NCBI GenBank assembly: GCA_963650865.1
Contig: CAVJMM010000002.1
Coordinates: 700-64,699, forward strand
Direction of reading: 5' to 3'
Origin: Eubacterium sp. AM49-13BH
Lineage (GTDB): Bacteria > Bacillota_I > Bacilli_A > Erysipelotrichales > Erysipelotrichaceae
DNA: 64,000 nucleotides
The notes under the pieces are model-generated. The model did no database searches. It worked only from the letters and a program-made list of their open reading frames with translations, and was not told the origin of the DNA. Shown here one piece after another: positions 36,731 to 45,826 of this stretch. How positions within the stretch are numbered: position 1 is the stretch's first letter; each line of letters opens with the position of its first letter. Made by a program: the position numbers and the translations under genes.

Positions 36731-38024
36731 ATATTCATTGTTATTTCGCGCTATTGTTTTGATGAGTGTTTGTGCGTGGAGTTCTTTATTAGCGCATTTA
36801 GGAATCTCTAGTTTTAATGATGGTGCAAGATTAGTGTACCCAGAGTTTTTAGAAGGAAGAATGAAGCGTGTAGAGTTTGCGGTAATTGTTACTGGTATGG
36901 GAATTGGTTGGGTCTTAGCTGGTTTTAGTCAATGGTTAGCGACAGGATTAATTGCGATTCATTTAACGTTGATTGCGACAGATTGCATTGGGGCGTGGTC
37001 TGCGAATAAATGGATTGCGTTAGTGCTAGGTGCTTGTTATGGTGCTGTTTGTATGTTTGGAACGACATTGATTAATTCTGTTTTTACGGCAATGCCTTAC
37101 AATTTCTTGAATGATCTCACACAGATTACAACACCAGCCTTACCTTTGTTTTGTTTATATCCTGCAGTTGCGGTTGCTGGGCAATTTGGAACAAAACCTG
37201 GTGTGATTACTGGAGTATTAGAAGCTATCATTTATATTGTTTGTACAATTGTTGGAAAGATCACGATTGGTTCTGTTGGGATTTCTTTATATCCATATAC
37301 ATTTTCGATGCTCATTGGTATGTGCTGTTTATTTATATTTGCGATCAAGAAATCCAAAGAAAGTGATGGTATTGATTATACAGATGAAGAAGAAAATCTC
37401 TTTATTAAAAATATCAAACGGATTCAATCAAATTGGATGTATCTTTGTATACAAGGTGCGTTGAATGCTTTGGCAATCAAAATATTGGCACAAACCTATC
37501 AACCATATGTTTTAGCGAGTGCTCTAGAAGCAAATGATATGTCAGTGTTTTATTTGGCAATGATAGGAGTGATTCTTGCGTTTATTCCTTTGATTGTGTC
37601 TACCTCTTTAGCGACAGGTGTATATCAAGCAGTTGGTTTAACAACCGTCATGTTAGTTGGTGTATTAGCACCAACGTGGTGGTTAGCAGTTCTATTTGGA
37701 TTTTTTGCGGAATGGCTAGAATTACGATTGTTGAATTTGTTTGGTGGAGTGTTATCAAAATTTCCAGAGCTTTCGAAATCAAGTGATCATATTCGCAATG
37801 GAATGATGAGCTGCTTGACATTGGCTCTTACAGTAGGCTCATTTTTAGCGGCGAATCAAATATGGGGAAGTGTAGGCATTACAATTGTTGGTGGTCTTTA
37901 TGTATTAAATGAAATTACAGGGCAAAGAATTCCCAAAATGGCAGTTGGTCCAATTGGTGCGGTTGTAGTTGGGATTGTCTATAATATCGTTGTTGTTTTA
38001 GGTTTTGTTTCAATTATTGGATAA
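36720..38024 (+). CDS. Multi-TM membrane protein (YhfT-like putative transporter)
   Basis: About 434 aa, hydrophobic throughout. GGAG precedes the ATG at 36720, which overlaps the PRD gene stop. The gene order PRD / membrane / DUF2620 resembles the E. coli yhfY-yhfT-yhfU genes. Confidence 0.5.
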   Translation: MVFEYSLLFRAIVLMSVCAWSSLLAHLGISSFNDGARLVYPEFLEGRMKRVEFAVIVTGMGIGWVLAGFSQWLATGLIAIHLTLIATDCIGAWSANKWIALVLGACYGAVCMFGTTLINSVFTAMPYNFLNDLTQITTPALPLFCLYPAVAVAGQFGTKPGVITGVLEAIIYIVCTIVGKITIGSVGISLYPYTFSMLIGMCCLFIFAIKKSKESDGIDYTDEEENLFIKNIKRIQSNWMYLCIQGALNALAIKILAQTYQPYVLASALEANDMSVFYLAMIGVILAFIPLIVSTSLATGVYQAVGLTTVMLVGVLAPTWWLAVLFGFFAEWLELRLLNLFGGVLSKFPELSKSSDHIRNGMMSCLTLALTVGSFLAANQIWGSVGITIVGGLYVLNEITGQRIPKMAVGPIGAVVVGIVYNIVVVLGFVSIIG

Positions 38025-38037
38025 GGAGAAAGAATTT

Positions 38038-38409
38038 ATGTTGAAAATTGAATGTTGTGGATTATCTTCTACAGAGACAAAGAAAATCATTGATGAAAAA
38101 TTCAATGGACAAGTAGAAACGTTTACGGATCCAGATATGATTGCAGCACGGAAAGTGAAAAATGGAGAAGTTGACTATTATTTGGGTTCTTGTATGACAG
38201 GCGGGGGTGGTAGTTTAGCTACCGCAATGATGGTTCTTGGTTATAACAAATGTGTTGTTGTTTCAAAACAAGGAAATTGTCCAGATGTAAATAAAGTAAA
38301 AGAAATTGTGAATGCAGGGGATTACAAAGCATTTGGTTATGTGAAAACACATACAGAACAAATCGTTGTTTCGATTGTGCAAGCATTAATAGAAAAATCT
38401 AATTCTTAA
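38038..38409 (+). CDS. DUF2620 family protein (YhfU-like)
   Basis: About 123 aa, containing YYLGSCMTGGGGSLATAMMVLGY. AAGGAG RBS lies 9 nt upstream of the ATG at 38038. Confidence 0.55.
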   Translation: MLKIECCGLSSTETKKIIDEKFNGQVETFTDPDMIAARKVKNGEVDYYLGSCMTGGGGSLATAMMVLGYNKCVVVSKQGNCPDVNKVKEIVNAGDYKAFGYVKTHTEQIVVSIVQALIEKSNS

Positions 38410-38477
38410 GAAATGTGAAGTTGTATGGATTTTATATCCATGTTAAAGTTAATCTGTTTTTTTAGAAGAGGTATGAT

Positions 38478-38969
38478 ATGCAAGGATTTGTTACATGGTG
38501 GGCGGCACATGTTGCCTTACCAAAATGGTTGAGTGTTTTTTTTGTTTCGATGATTCCACTTGTTGAAGAAAGAGGTGGACTTGTATTAGCGAAATTATTA
38601 GATATGCCAATTTGGTCTGGCGTATTTTGGTGTGTGATAGGAAATATTGTTCCAATTCCCTTCATCTTATTACTAATTAAAAAGATCTTACATTGGATGA
38701 GTGATCATCACATGAGTAAGATTACTGACTGGGTCATGGAAAAGGCAACAAAGAATAAACCAAAGATTGAAAAATATGGTTTTTGGGGATTAACGTTATT
38801 TGTAGGTATTCCTTTACCAGGAACAGGTGCTTGGACAGGTGCACTTGTTGCGAGTGTGTTTGATATGGATCTGAAAAAGGCTTCCATTTCAATCTTGTTA
38901 GGTGTTTTCTTAGCTGCAGTGATTATGACAATTGTTTCTTATGGCATGATAGGAGCAGTGATTTCTTAA
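38478..38969 (+). CDS. Small membrane protein (COG2426 / putative small multidrug export family)
   Basis: 163 aa with 4 predicted TM segments, IPLVEERGG near the N-terminus and GIPLPGTGAWTGAL motifs. Confidence 0.5.
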   Translation: MQGFVTWWAAHVALPKWLSVFFVSMIPLVEERGGLVLAKLLDMPIWSGVFWCVIGNIVPIPFILLLIKKILHWMSDHHMSKITDWVMEKATKNKPKIEKYGFWGLTLFVGIPLPGTGAWTGALVASVFDMDLKKASISILLGVFLAAVIMTIVSYGMIGAVIS

Positions 38970-39607
38970 TGAACTATAGTGCTTTGATTTGTGCTGCTGG
39001 TAGTGGAACAAGAATGCATTTGGGTTACAACAAAGTCTATGCCAAATTACCTAGTGGTTCAACAATTTTAGATGCAACAATTTCGATGTTTGAAAAAGAT
39101 GAGGATTGTACACAAATCGTAGTTGTTACCGATCCAGATGCTTTTGAGGAATATCATGTTTCTTCTAGTAATAAAATTGTTGTCGTTGATGGTGGTGCAA
39201 CAAGACAAGAATCTGTTTATCATGGTTTATTAGCTGTGAGTAATGAATATGTCATGATTCATGATGGTGCTCGTCCATATCTTACACAACAAAACTTACA
39301 AGATCTAAAAATAACATTGCAGAAAGAAAACGCATGTTTATTAATGGTTCCTTGTAAAGATACGATCAAAAAAGTCATCAATGGTTATGTAGAAACAACT
39401 TATGATAGAAGTACTTTGATGAACGCGCAAACACCACAAGCATTTCGTACTTCTTTGATTATTGAATGTACTAAAAAAGCTATCCAAGATAACTTTGTAG
39501 GAACAGATGATGCTTCATTAGTGGAGAAATATAGTGATGTAAAAGTAAAAGTTGTTGAAGGTAGTTATTCAAACATTAAAATCACAACAATAGAAGATTT
39601 GAAATAA
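38969..39607 (+). CDS. ispD: IspD/TarI family cytidylyltransferase (2-C-methyl-D-erythritol-4-phosphate or ribitol-5-phosphate cytidylyltransferase)
   Basis: N-terminal AAGSGTRM nucleotide-binding loop, VMIHDGARP and TPQAF motifs. Confidence 0.75.
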   Translation: MNYSALICAAGSGTRMHLGYNKVYAKLPSGSTILDATISMFEKDEDCTQIVVVTDPDAFEEYHVSSSNKIVVVDGGATRQESVYHGLLAVSNEYVMIHDGARPYLTQQNLQDLKITLQKENACLLMVPCKDTIKKVINGYVETTYDRSTLMNAQTPQAFRTSLIIECTKKAIQDNFVGTDDASLVEKYSDVKVKVVEGSYSNIKITTIEDLK

Positions 39608-39632
39608 AGTTGGAGGAATTCCAACTTTTTTT
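39608..39632 (+). terminator. Rho-independent terminator after the ispD-like gene
   Basis: AGTTGGA-GGAAT-TCCAACT stem-loop followed by TTTTTTT. Confidence 0.65.
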
Positions 39633-39656
39633 GTGAATAGTATATTGAGGTGGTTT

Positions 39657-40802
39657 ATGAAATGTAAAAGATGTTTAAATGAAGATGAAAGTTGGTTTTA
39701 TAAAGGAAGTAAAGGTTGGTATTGTAGAAAATGTATTTCGTTTGGGAGAGTATTAATAGAAGAAGATATGAAAAGTGTTGGTCTATCACAGAATGAAGAT
39801 TGTGGTGAGTATACATTGAAATATCCTCTAACAAACGATCAGAAAATCATCGCAGCGAAATTGTTGCATCATATTCCAACAAGTGATGTTTTGGTACAAG
39901 CTGTTTGTGGAGCTGGGAAAACAGAAATTGTGATTCCTACGATATCGGAATATTTGTTGCATCAAAAAAAGGTATGTTTTGCGATATCAAGAAGGCAAGT
40001 TGTATTAGAAGTGGCAGAAAGATTACAAAGTTACTTCAAAAATATGAAAGTAATTGCGGTGTGTGGTGGTCATACAGATGTATTAGATGGTGATTTAATT
40101 GTGTGTACTTGTCATCAATTATATCGATATTATCATGCATTTGATTTACTGATTTTAGATGAAATTGACGCTTTTCCCTTTGCTGGAAACGATGTGCTAT
40201 CGCAAATTGCGAGGACTTCTTGTGTAGGAAATATCATCTATTTAACGGCTACTCCAGATGAAAAATTGAAACAAAGATGTGAAGAAGGAACACTTGTTTG
40301 TTTGAAATTGAATCGAAGACCACATGGCAAACCAATTCCAGTTCCACGTAAAAAGATTGCACCTTTATGGATGGATTATCTCTTTTTGCATCGATGGATC
40401 AAGGAACATGCAATGCATCCAAGAATCATTTTTATTCCGACAATTCGCATGAGTGAAATCGTAGGAAAGATTTTTCGGCTGTTTATGAAATGCTATGTCT
40501 GCACCAGCAAAACAGAAAATCGAGATGAAGTGATTGAACAATTTCGAAAAGAAAAGAATGGGGTTATGTTTTCTACAACAGTATTAGAAAGAGGTGTGAC
40601 ATTTCCACATACAGATGTATGTGTATTTCAAGCAAATCATCCAGTATTTAATGAAGCAAGTTTAATTCAAATGGCTGGAAGAGCAGGCAGAGATTTTTAT
40701 GATCCAACAGGAGATGTTTTATTTCTTTGTGATGAGAAAAGTGAACGCGTTGATCAATGTATTTCATCCATTGAGGAGGCAAATCTGTCATGCGGTGTTT
40801 GA
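39657..40802 (+). CDS. comFA: ComFA-like DEAD/DEAH-box helicase (competence protein ComFA)
   Basis: N-terminal zinc-ribbon (CKRC...CRKC), Walker A VCGAGKTE, DEID box and motif VI QMAGRAGR. It is followed by comFC with overlapping ends. Confidence 0.8.
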   Translation: MKCKRCLNEDESWFYKGSKGWYCRKCISFGRVLIEEDMKSVGLSQNEDCGEYTLKYPLTNDQKIIAAKLLHHIPTSDVLVQAVCGAGKTEIVIPTISEYLLHQKKVCFAISRRQVVLEVAERLQSYFKNMKVIAVCGGHTDVLDGDLIVCTCHQLYRYYHAFDLLILDEIDAFPFAGNDVLSQIARTSCVGNIIYLTATPDEKLKQRCEEGTLVCLKLNRRPHGKPIPVPRKKIAPLWMDYLFLHRWIKEHAMHPRIIFIPTIRMSEIVGKIFRLFMKCYVCTSKTENRDEVIEQFRKEKNGVMFSTTVLERGVTFPHTDVCVFQANHPVFNEASLIQMAGRAGRDFYDPTGDVLFLCDEKSERVDQCISSIEEANLSCGV

Positions 40803-41395
40803 TGTGTGGAAAAGAACTTGGGGAAAGTTCTTTGAGAGATGTTGTAATTGGGGATGATCCATTGTGTAGTACTTGTAGAAGACAATGGGAAAAGAAGCGT
40901 ATCAAATTTGAATTGGATGGGATAAAAGGAGAAGCGGATTATGTATATAATGATGCTTTTTCTTCTTCTTTAATTCAATTTAAAGAATGTGGAGATGAAG
41001 CGTTAAAAGATATCTTTTTATATGAAGTGAAAAATAGAATCAAAAGAAAATATAGAGGATATACATTGTGTTGTATGCCAAGTTCTATTGAAAAGATGAA
41101 TAGTAGAGGTTTTTCTCATCTACAAGAAATGTTTTCGTGTTTAAATATGAAAATGTTAGATCCTTTTGTGAAAAATACAAACGTCTCGCAAAAAGAAAAT
41201 CCAGGTTATTTAAGAAAGAATATGAGTCATGAAATACAGTTGAAAAATGGCGTTGTTTTGCCGAAAAAGATATTGCTTGTAGATGATACGATCACAAGTG
41301 GGGCAACTTTAAAAGGTGCAATTGCGTGCATAGAAAGAAAACAACATCAAATCAGAATTTATTGTGTGAGTGCGAACCAATCTTGGTTAAAGTAG
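40790..41395 (+). CDS. comFC: ComFC-like phosphoribosyltransferase-fold protein
   Basis: N-terminal CxxC..CxxC zinc motif (CLMCGKE...CSTC) and a C-terminal PRPP loop ILLVDDTITSGATL. Confidence 0.8.
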   Translation: MRCLMCGKELGESSLRDVVIGDDPLCSTCRRQWEKKRIKFELDGIKGEADYVYNDAFSSSLIQFKECGDEALKDIFLYEVKNRIKRKYRGYTLCCMPSSIEKMNSRGFSHLQEMFSCLNMKMLDPFVKNTNVSQKENPGYLRKNMSHEIQLKNGVVLPKKILLVDDTITSGATLKGAIACIERKQHQIRIYCVSANQSWLK

Positions 41396-41400
41396 GAACG

Positions 41401-41429
41401 TTGCTATTTTGGATTCTTGACGATATAAT
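41401..41429 (+). promoter_or_regulatory. Sigma-70-type promoter upstream of secA
   Basis: TTGCTA (41401-41406), a 17-nt spacer and TATAAT (41424-41429), about 37 nt before the secA ATG. Confidence 0.45.
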
Positions 41430-41465
41430 TATTGAGGTTTTTTATGCAAAAAATGGAGGCTATAT

Positions 41466-43829
41466 ATGGCAAATTTCATTTCTAGATTATTTGATGAAGA
41501 TGCACGAAAGATTAGACAAATTGAAAAGAAAGTTCAACCGGTTTTAGATCTTGAAGAAGAATATAAAAACAAGTCTGATGATGAGCTCAAAGCGATGACA
41601 CCAAAGCTAAAAGAAAGACTCGCAAATGGTGAAACGTTAGATGATATTTATACAGAAGCTTTCGCAACTGCACGTGAAGCTGCACGAAGAGTGATTGGAG
41701 AATTTCCATATCCAGTACAGTTAATGGGTGCGACGGTTATGCAAGGTGGCGACATTGCGGAAATGAAGACTGGTGAAGGTAAGACTTTGACTTCTGTTAT
41801 GGCAGTATATTTAAATGCGTTAGAAGGAAAAGGTGTACATGTCGTAACAGTTAACGAATATCTTTCTCAACGTGATGCTGAGTGGATGGGACAAATCTAT
41901 CGTTTCTTAGGATTGAGTGTTGGTGTTAATTTAAGACAATTAACAAAGTTCCAAAAGAAACAAGCTTATGCATGTGATATTACATATACAACAAACTCTG
42001 AATTAGGATTTGACTATTTGAGAGATAACATGGTCACAAATGTAAATGATCGTGTTTTAAGAGGATTGAATTTTGCGTTAGTGGATGAAGTTGACTCAAT
42101 TTTAATTGATGAATCTAGAACACCATTGATTATTTCTGGTGGTCAAAAACAAACCGCAAATCTTTATTTACAAGCAGATCGTTTCGCTAAGAAACTTACA
42201 AAAGATGAAGATTATGAAATTGATGCAAGAAGTAAGAGTGTAACATTGACAGAAGAAGGTGTTTCTAAAGCGGAAAGAATGTTTAAAGTTGAAAACCTTT
42301 ATGATATTTCTCATACACAATTGTTACACCATATCAATCAAGCAATGAAGGCAAACTACATCATGATTAGAGATATTGATTATGTTGTCGATGATGCGGA
42401 AGATGAAATCGTCATCGTTGATCCTAATACTGGTCGTTTGATGAAGGGAAGACAATGGTCTGATGGTTTACATCAAGCAGTTGAGGCAAAAGAAGGTATT
42501 TCGATTAAACAAGAAACAACAACTTTAGCTACAATTACTTACCAGAATTTCTTCCGTTTATATAACAAATTGGCTGGTATGACAGGTACTGCGAAAACAG
42601 AAGAAGAGGAATTCTTAGAAATCTACAATATGTATGTTGTAGAAATTCCTACAAATAGACCAGTTGCACGTATTGATTATCCAGATGCGGTGTATGGAAC
42701 AAAGAAGGCTAAGTTTAAAGCTTTAGTAGAAGAAGTTATGGAACGTCACGCTACAGGACAACCAATCTTAGTTGGTACGATTGCTGTAGAAACTTCTGAA
42801 TTGATTTCAAAATATTTGAAAGAAAGAAAGATTCCACACAATGTATTGAATGCGAAGAATCATGCACGTGAAGCTGAAATTATTTCTCATGCGGGTGAAA
42901 TTGGAGCAGTAACGATTGCGACAAATATGGCTGGTCGTGGTACGGATATCAAATTAGGTGAAGGTGTTCGTGAACTTGGTGGTTTATGTGTTTTAGGTTC
43001 TGAAAGACATGAATCTAGACGTATTGATAACCAGTTGAGAGGTCGTGCAGGCAGACAAGGTGACCCTGGTATGAGTAGATTCTTTGTATCTGTACAAGAT
43101 GATTTGATGATTCGATTTGGCTCTGAAAGAATGGAAGGTATCTTCGCTTCATTAGGTGATGAAGCTGTTGAATCCAAAACAATCACAAAAGCAATTTCTT
43201 CTGCACAAAGAAGAGTTGAAGGTGTAAACTATGATGCTCGTAAACAATTATTACAATATGATGATGTTATGAGACAACAAAGAGAAACAATGTATGATCA
43301 AAGAAACTTCATTCTAGAAAATGATGATGTTCATACAGTTGTTCAACAGATGTTCCAAAGAGTTATTTCTGACATGGTTTCTTCTTATACAAACTTTGAG
43401 TCTAGAAGCCAAGATGTTGATACTGATGGATTGATCAAGGGATTAAATGATATTGGTTTTAAAGATCTTGTAACAAACAATGATCTAGCTGGTAAGAATC
43501 GTGAAGATATTTCTGGCTTTGTTTATGACAAAGCTTGGGCTTACTACGAAAAGAAGGTTGAACCAGTAAAAGAGAAGATTAGAAATGTAGAAAAAGAAGT
43601 ATCTTTGAGAACCATTGATAGAGCTTGGTCAAATCATATTGATACAATGGATAAACTTAGAAATGGTATTGGTTTAAGAGGCTATGCACAATCCAATCCT
43701 TTACAAGCTTATGTACAGGAAGGTTATCAATTATTTGAAGATATGATGGCTACAATTTCTCAGGAAATCGTTACTTTCTGTATGAATGTACGTGTTATTC
43801 CAGCAAGTGAAGCAAATAAGGAGGCGTAA
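41466..43829 (+). CDS. secA: Preprotein translocase ATPase SecA
   Basis: MKTGEGKTL Walker A, LVDEVDSILIDE DEAD-like box, TNMAGRGTDI and GRAGRQGDPG. Confidence 0.97.
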   Translation: MANFISRLFDEDARKIRQIEKKVQPVLDLEEEYKNKSDDELKAMTPKLKERLANGETLDDIYTEAFATAREAARRVIGEFPYPVQLMGATVMQGGDIAEMKTGEGKTLTSVMAVYLNALEGKGVHVVTVNEYLSQRDAEWMGQIYRFLGLSVGVNLRQLTKFQKKQAYACDITYTTNSELGFDYLRDNMVTNVNDRVLRGLNFALVDEVDSILIDESRTPLIISGGQKQTANLYLQADRFAKKLTKDEDYEIDARSKSVTLTEEGVSKAERMFKVENLYDISHTQLLHHINQAMKANYIMIRDIDYVVDDAEDEIVIVDPNTGRLMKGRQWSDGLHQAVEAKEGISIKQETTTLATITYQNFFRLYNKLAGMTGTAKTEEEEFLEIYNMYVVEIPTNRPVARIDYPDAVYGTKKAKFKALVEEVMERHATGQPILVGTIAVETSELISKYLKERKIPHNVLNAKNHAREAEIISHAGEIGAVTIATNMAGRGTDIKLGEGVRELGGLCVLGSERHESRRIDNQLRGRAGRQGDPGMSRFFVSVQDDLMIRFGSERMEGIFASLGDEAVESKTITKAISSAQRRVEGVNYDARKQLLQYDDVMRQQRETMYDQRNFILENDDVHTVVQQMFQRVISDMVSSYTNFESRSQDVDTDGLIKGLNDIGFKDLVTNNDLAGKNREDISGFVYDKAWAYYEKKVEPVKEKIRNVEKEVSLRTIDRAWSNHIDTMDKLRNGIGLRGYAQSNPLQAYVQEGYQLFEDMMATISQEIVTFCMNVRVIPASEANKEA

Positions 43830-44944
43830 TGGAACTATATGAGATGAAGCAGTCTGTTTCAAAGAACCAAGAAAAATTGAAGTCTATGGGTGCTTCACTC
43901 GATCTTGATTCTAAACGCAAACAGATTGAAGAAAATAATTTAAAGATGCAAGAAGCTGATTTTTGGAATGATCAAAAAGCAGCACAAAAATTAATCAAAA
44001 ATAACAATCAAATTAAATCATTGGTTGATAGTTATGATGAATTGGTTGGAATTCTTTCTGACTTGAATGATTCAGTGAATGAATTGAGTACAACATTTGA
44101 TGAAGACATGAATGAACTTGTACAAGAAGAATTTACAGAAGCAATGAAAAAGTTTGAAGAATTTGAAATTCAAGTTTTATTATCTGGACCTTATGACAAT
44201 CATAACGCAATCTTAGAAATTCATCCTGGTGCAGGTGGTACAGAAGCGATGGATTGGGCTGGAATGTTATATCGTATGTATATGCGTTATTGTGAAAGAA
44301 AAGGATACAAGATTACGTTATTAGATTATCAAGAAGGTGAAGAAGCTGGATTGAAATCTTGTTCTGTGCAAATTGAAGGACCTATGGCATATGGTTATTT
44401 GAAAGCTGAAAATGGCGTACATAGACTTGTTCGTATTTCTCCTTTTGATTCCAATGCGAGAAGACATACATCATTTGCTTCTGTAGAAATTGTTCCTGAA
44501 TTTGATGATGACATGGAAATTGAAATCGATGATAAAGATTTAGATGTTATTACAATGCGTTCTTCAGGTGCAGGTGGTCAGCATATCAATAAAACAGACT
44601 CTGCAGTACGTATGACACATAAGCCAACAGGTATCACAGTATTCTGTCAAACACAACGTTCTCAATTACAAAATAGAGAAGCTTGTTTAAACCAATTGAA
44701 GAGTAAATTATTGCAACTAAAGATTCGTGAACAAGAAGAAAGAATGGCTTCTATCAAGGGTGAAGTAAAAGCCAATGAATGGGGTTCTCAGATTCGTTCT
44801 TATGTTTTTGCGCCATATACAATGGTAAAAGATTTAAGAACAGGTCATGAAGTAGGAAATATTCAATCTGTTATGGATGGTGATCTAGATGGATTTGTAG
44901 ATTCCTATTTAAGAAGTCAAATTACAAGTGATATCGATGAATAA
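43829..44944 (+). CDS. prfB: Peptide chain release factor 2 (single uninterrupted ORF)
   Basis: SPF tripeptide (RISPFDS) and GGQ motif (SGAGGQHINKT). The start overlaps the secA stop (TAATG). Confidence 0.95.
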   Translation: MELYEMKQSVSKNQEKLKSMGASLDLDSKRKQIEENNLKMQEADFWNDQKAAQKLIKNNNQIKSLVDSYDELVGILSDLNDSVNELSTTFDEDMNELVQEEFTEAMKKFEEFEIQVLLSGPYDNHNAILEIHPGAGGTEAMDWAGMLYRMYMRYCERKGYKITLLDYQEGEEAGLKSCSVQIEGPMAYGYLKAENGVHRLVRISPFDSNARRHTSFASVEIVPEFDDDMEIEIDDKDLDVITMRSSGAGGQHINKTDSAVRMTHKPTGITVFCQTQRSQLQNREACLNQLKSKLLQLKIREQEERMASIKGEVKANEWGSQIRSYVFAPYTMVKDLRTGHEVGNIQSVMDGDLDGFVDSYLRSQITSDIDE

Positions 44945-45815
44945 AACAATTGAAATCACAATTGAAGAAACAGAAAACAGCCTTCCTTTAAAGGCTGTTT
45001 TGTCTAAAAGTGTTGGCTTAAGTAGAAGAGAAATCTCTAGATTGAAATTTTCTCATGGTTTATTGTTGAATGGTGAAGAATGTAGAGTTACAGAAATCGT
45101 ACATACAAATGATGTAATTACCTTAACTTTTCTAGAAAAAGATCTCCCACATGTGATTCGTATGATTGGAAAACCGGATATTTTGTATGAAGATGAAGAT
45201 TTTGTTATCGTCAATAAACCTGCAGGCATGGTATGTCATCCAACACATGAACACTTGGATGATGATATGGGAACTTTGTTACAGAATTATTATGGGCAAG
45301 GTTTTATGATACGCTCCATTGGAAGATTGGATAAAGATGTATCAGGTATTATGGTCTACGCTAAAAACCAAGTGGCTGCTTCTCGATTGAGTGAACAAAG
45401 AAAAAAGGAAACGTTACATAAAAAATACCATGCGATTGCCCAAGGTATCTTCGATGAAAAAGAAGGCACTTTAACGTATTCTTTAGAAAGACAAGAACGC
45501 AGTAAACAACGAAAAATCAGTGAAATGGGAAAACCTTGTATTACACATTACAAAGTCTTAAAACAATTTGAGAATTATACATTGTTAGAAATCTCCATTG
45601 AAACAGGAAGAACACATCAAATTCGTGCTGGTATGGCTAGTATTTCTCATCCACTTTGTGGAGATACGTTATATGGTGGATCGAATCATTTCATTGATCG
45701 ACCAGCCTTGCATTGCGCAAGTATTGATTTGTTACAACCATTCCAACAAACACCAATTCATATTGAATTAGTAGAACCTGAAGATATGGCACAACTATTA
45801 AAAACTCACCAATGA
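44937..45815 (+). CDS. RluA family pseudouridine synthase (RluD-like, with S4 domain)
   Basis: S4-like N-terminus, catalytic motif RLDKDVSG and HQIRAGM. The ATG at 44937 overlaps the prfB stop, and a GTG at 44928 is an alternative start. Confidence 0.85.
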   Translation: MNKTIEITIEETENSLPLKAVLSKSVGLSRREISRLKFSHGLLLNGEECRVTEIVHTNDVITLTFLEKDLPHVIRMIGKPDILYEDEDFVIVNKPAGMVCHPTHEHLDDDMGTLLQNYYGQGFMIRSIGRLDKDVSGIMVYAKNQVAASRLSEQRKKETLHKKYHAIAQGIFDEKEGTLTYSLERQERSKQRKISEMGKPCITHYKVLKQFENYTLLEISIETGRTHQIRAGMASISHPLCGDTLYGGSNHFIDRPALHCASIDLLQPFQQTPIHIELVEPEDMAQLLKTHQ

Positions 45816-45826
45816 CGGTGAGTTTT
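45801..45826. terminator. Bidirectional terminator between convergent genes
   Basis: AAAACTCACC-AATGAC-GGTGAGTTTT perfect 10-bp stem. It overlaps both stop codons. Confidence 0.65.

Noticed and set aside
41326-41547. ORF 41326-41547 (+) bridging comFC and secA
   Set aside because: It overlaps the ends of two strongly supported genes and the secA promoter and RBS. No independent support.
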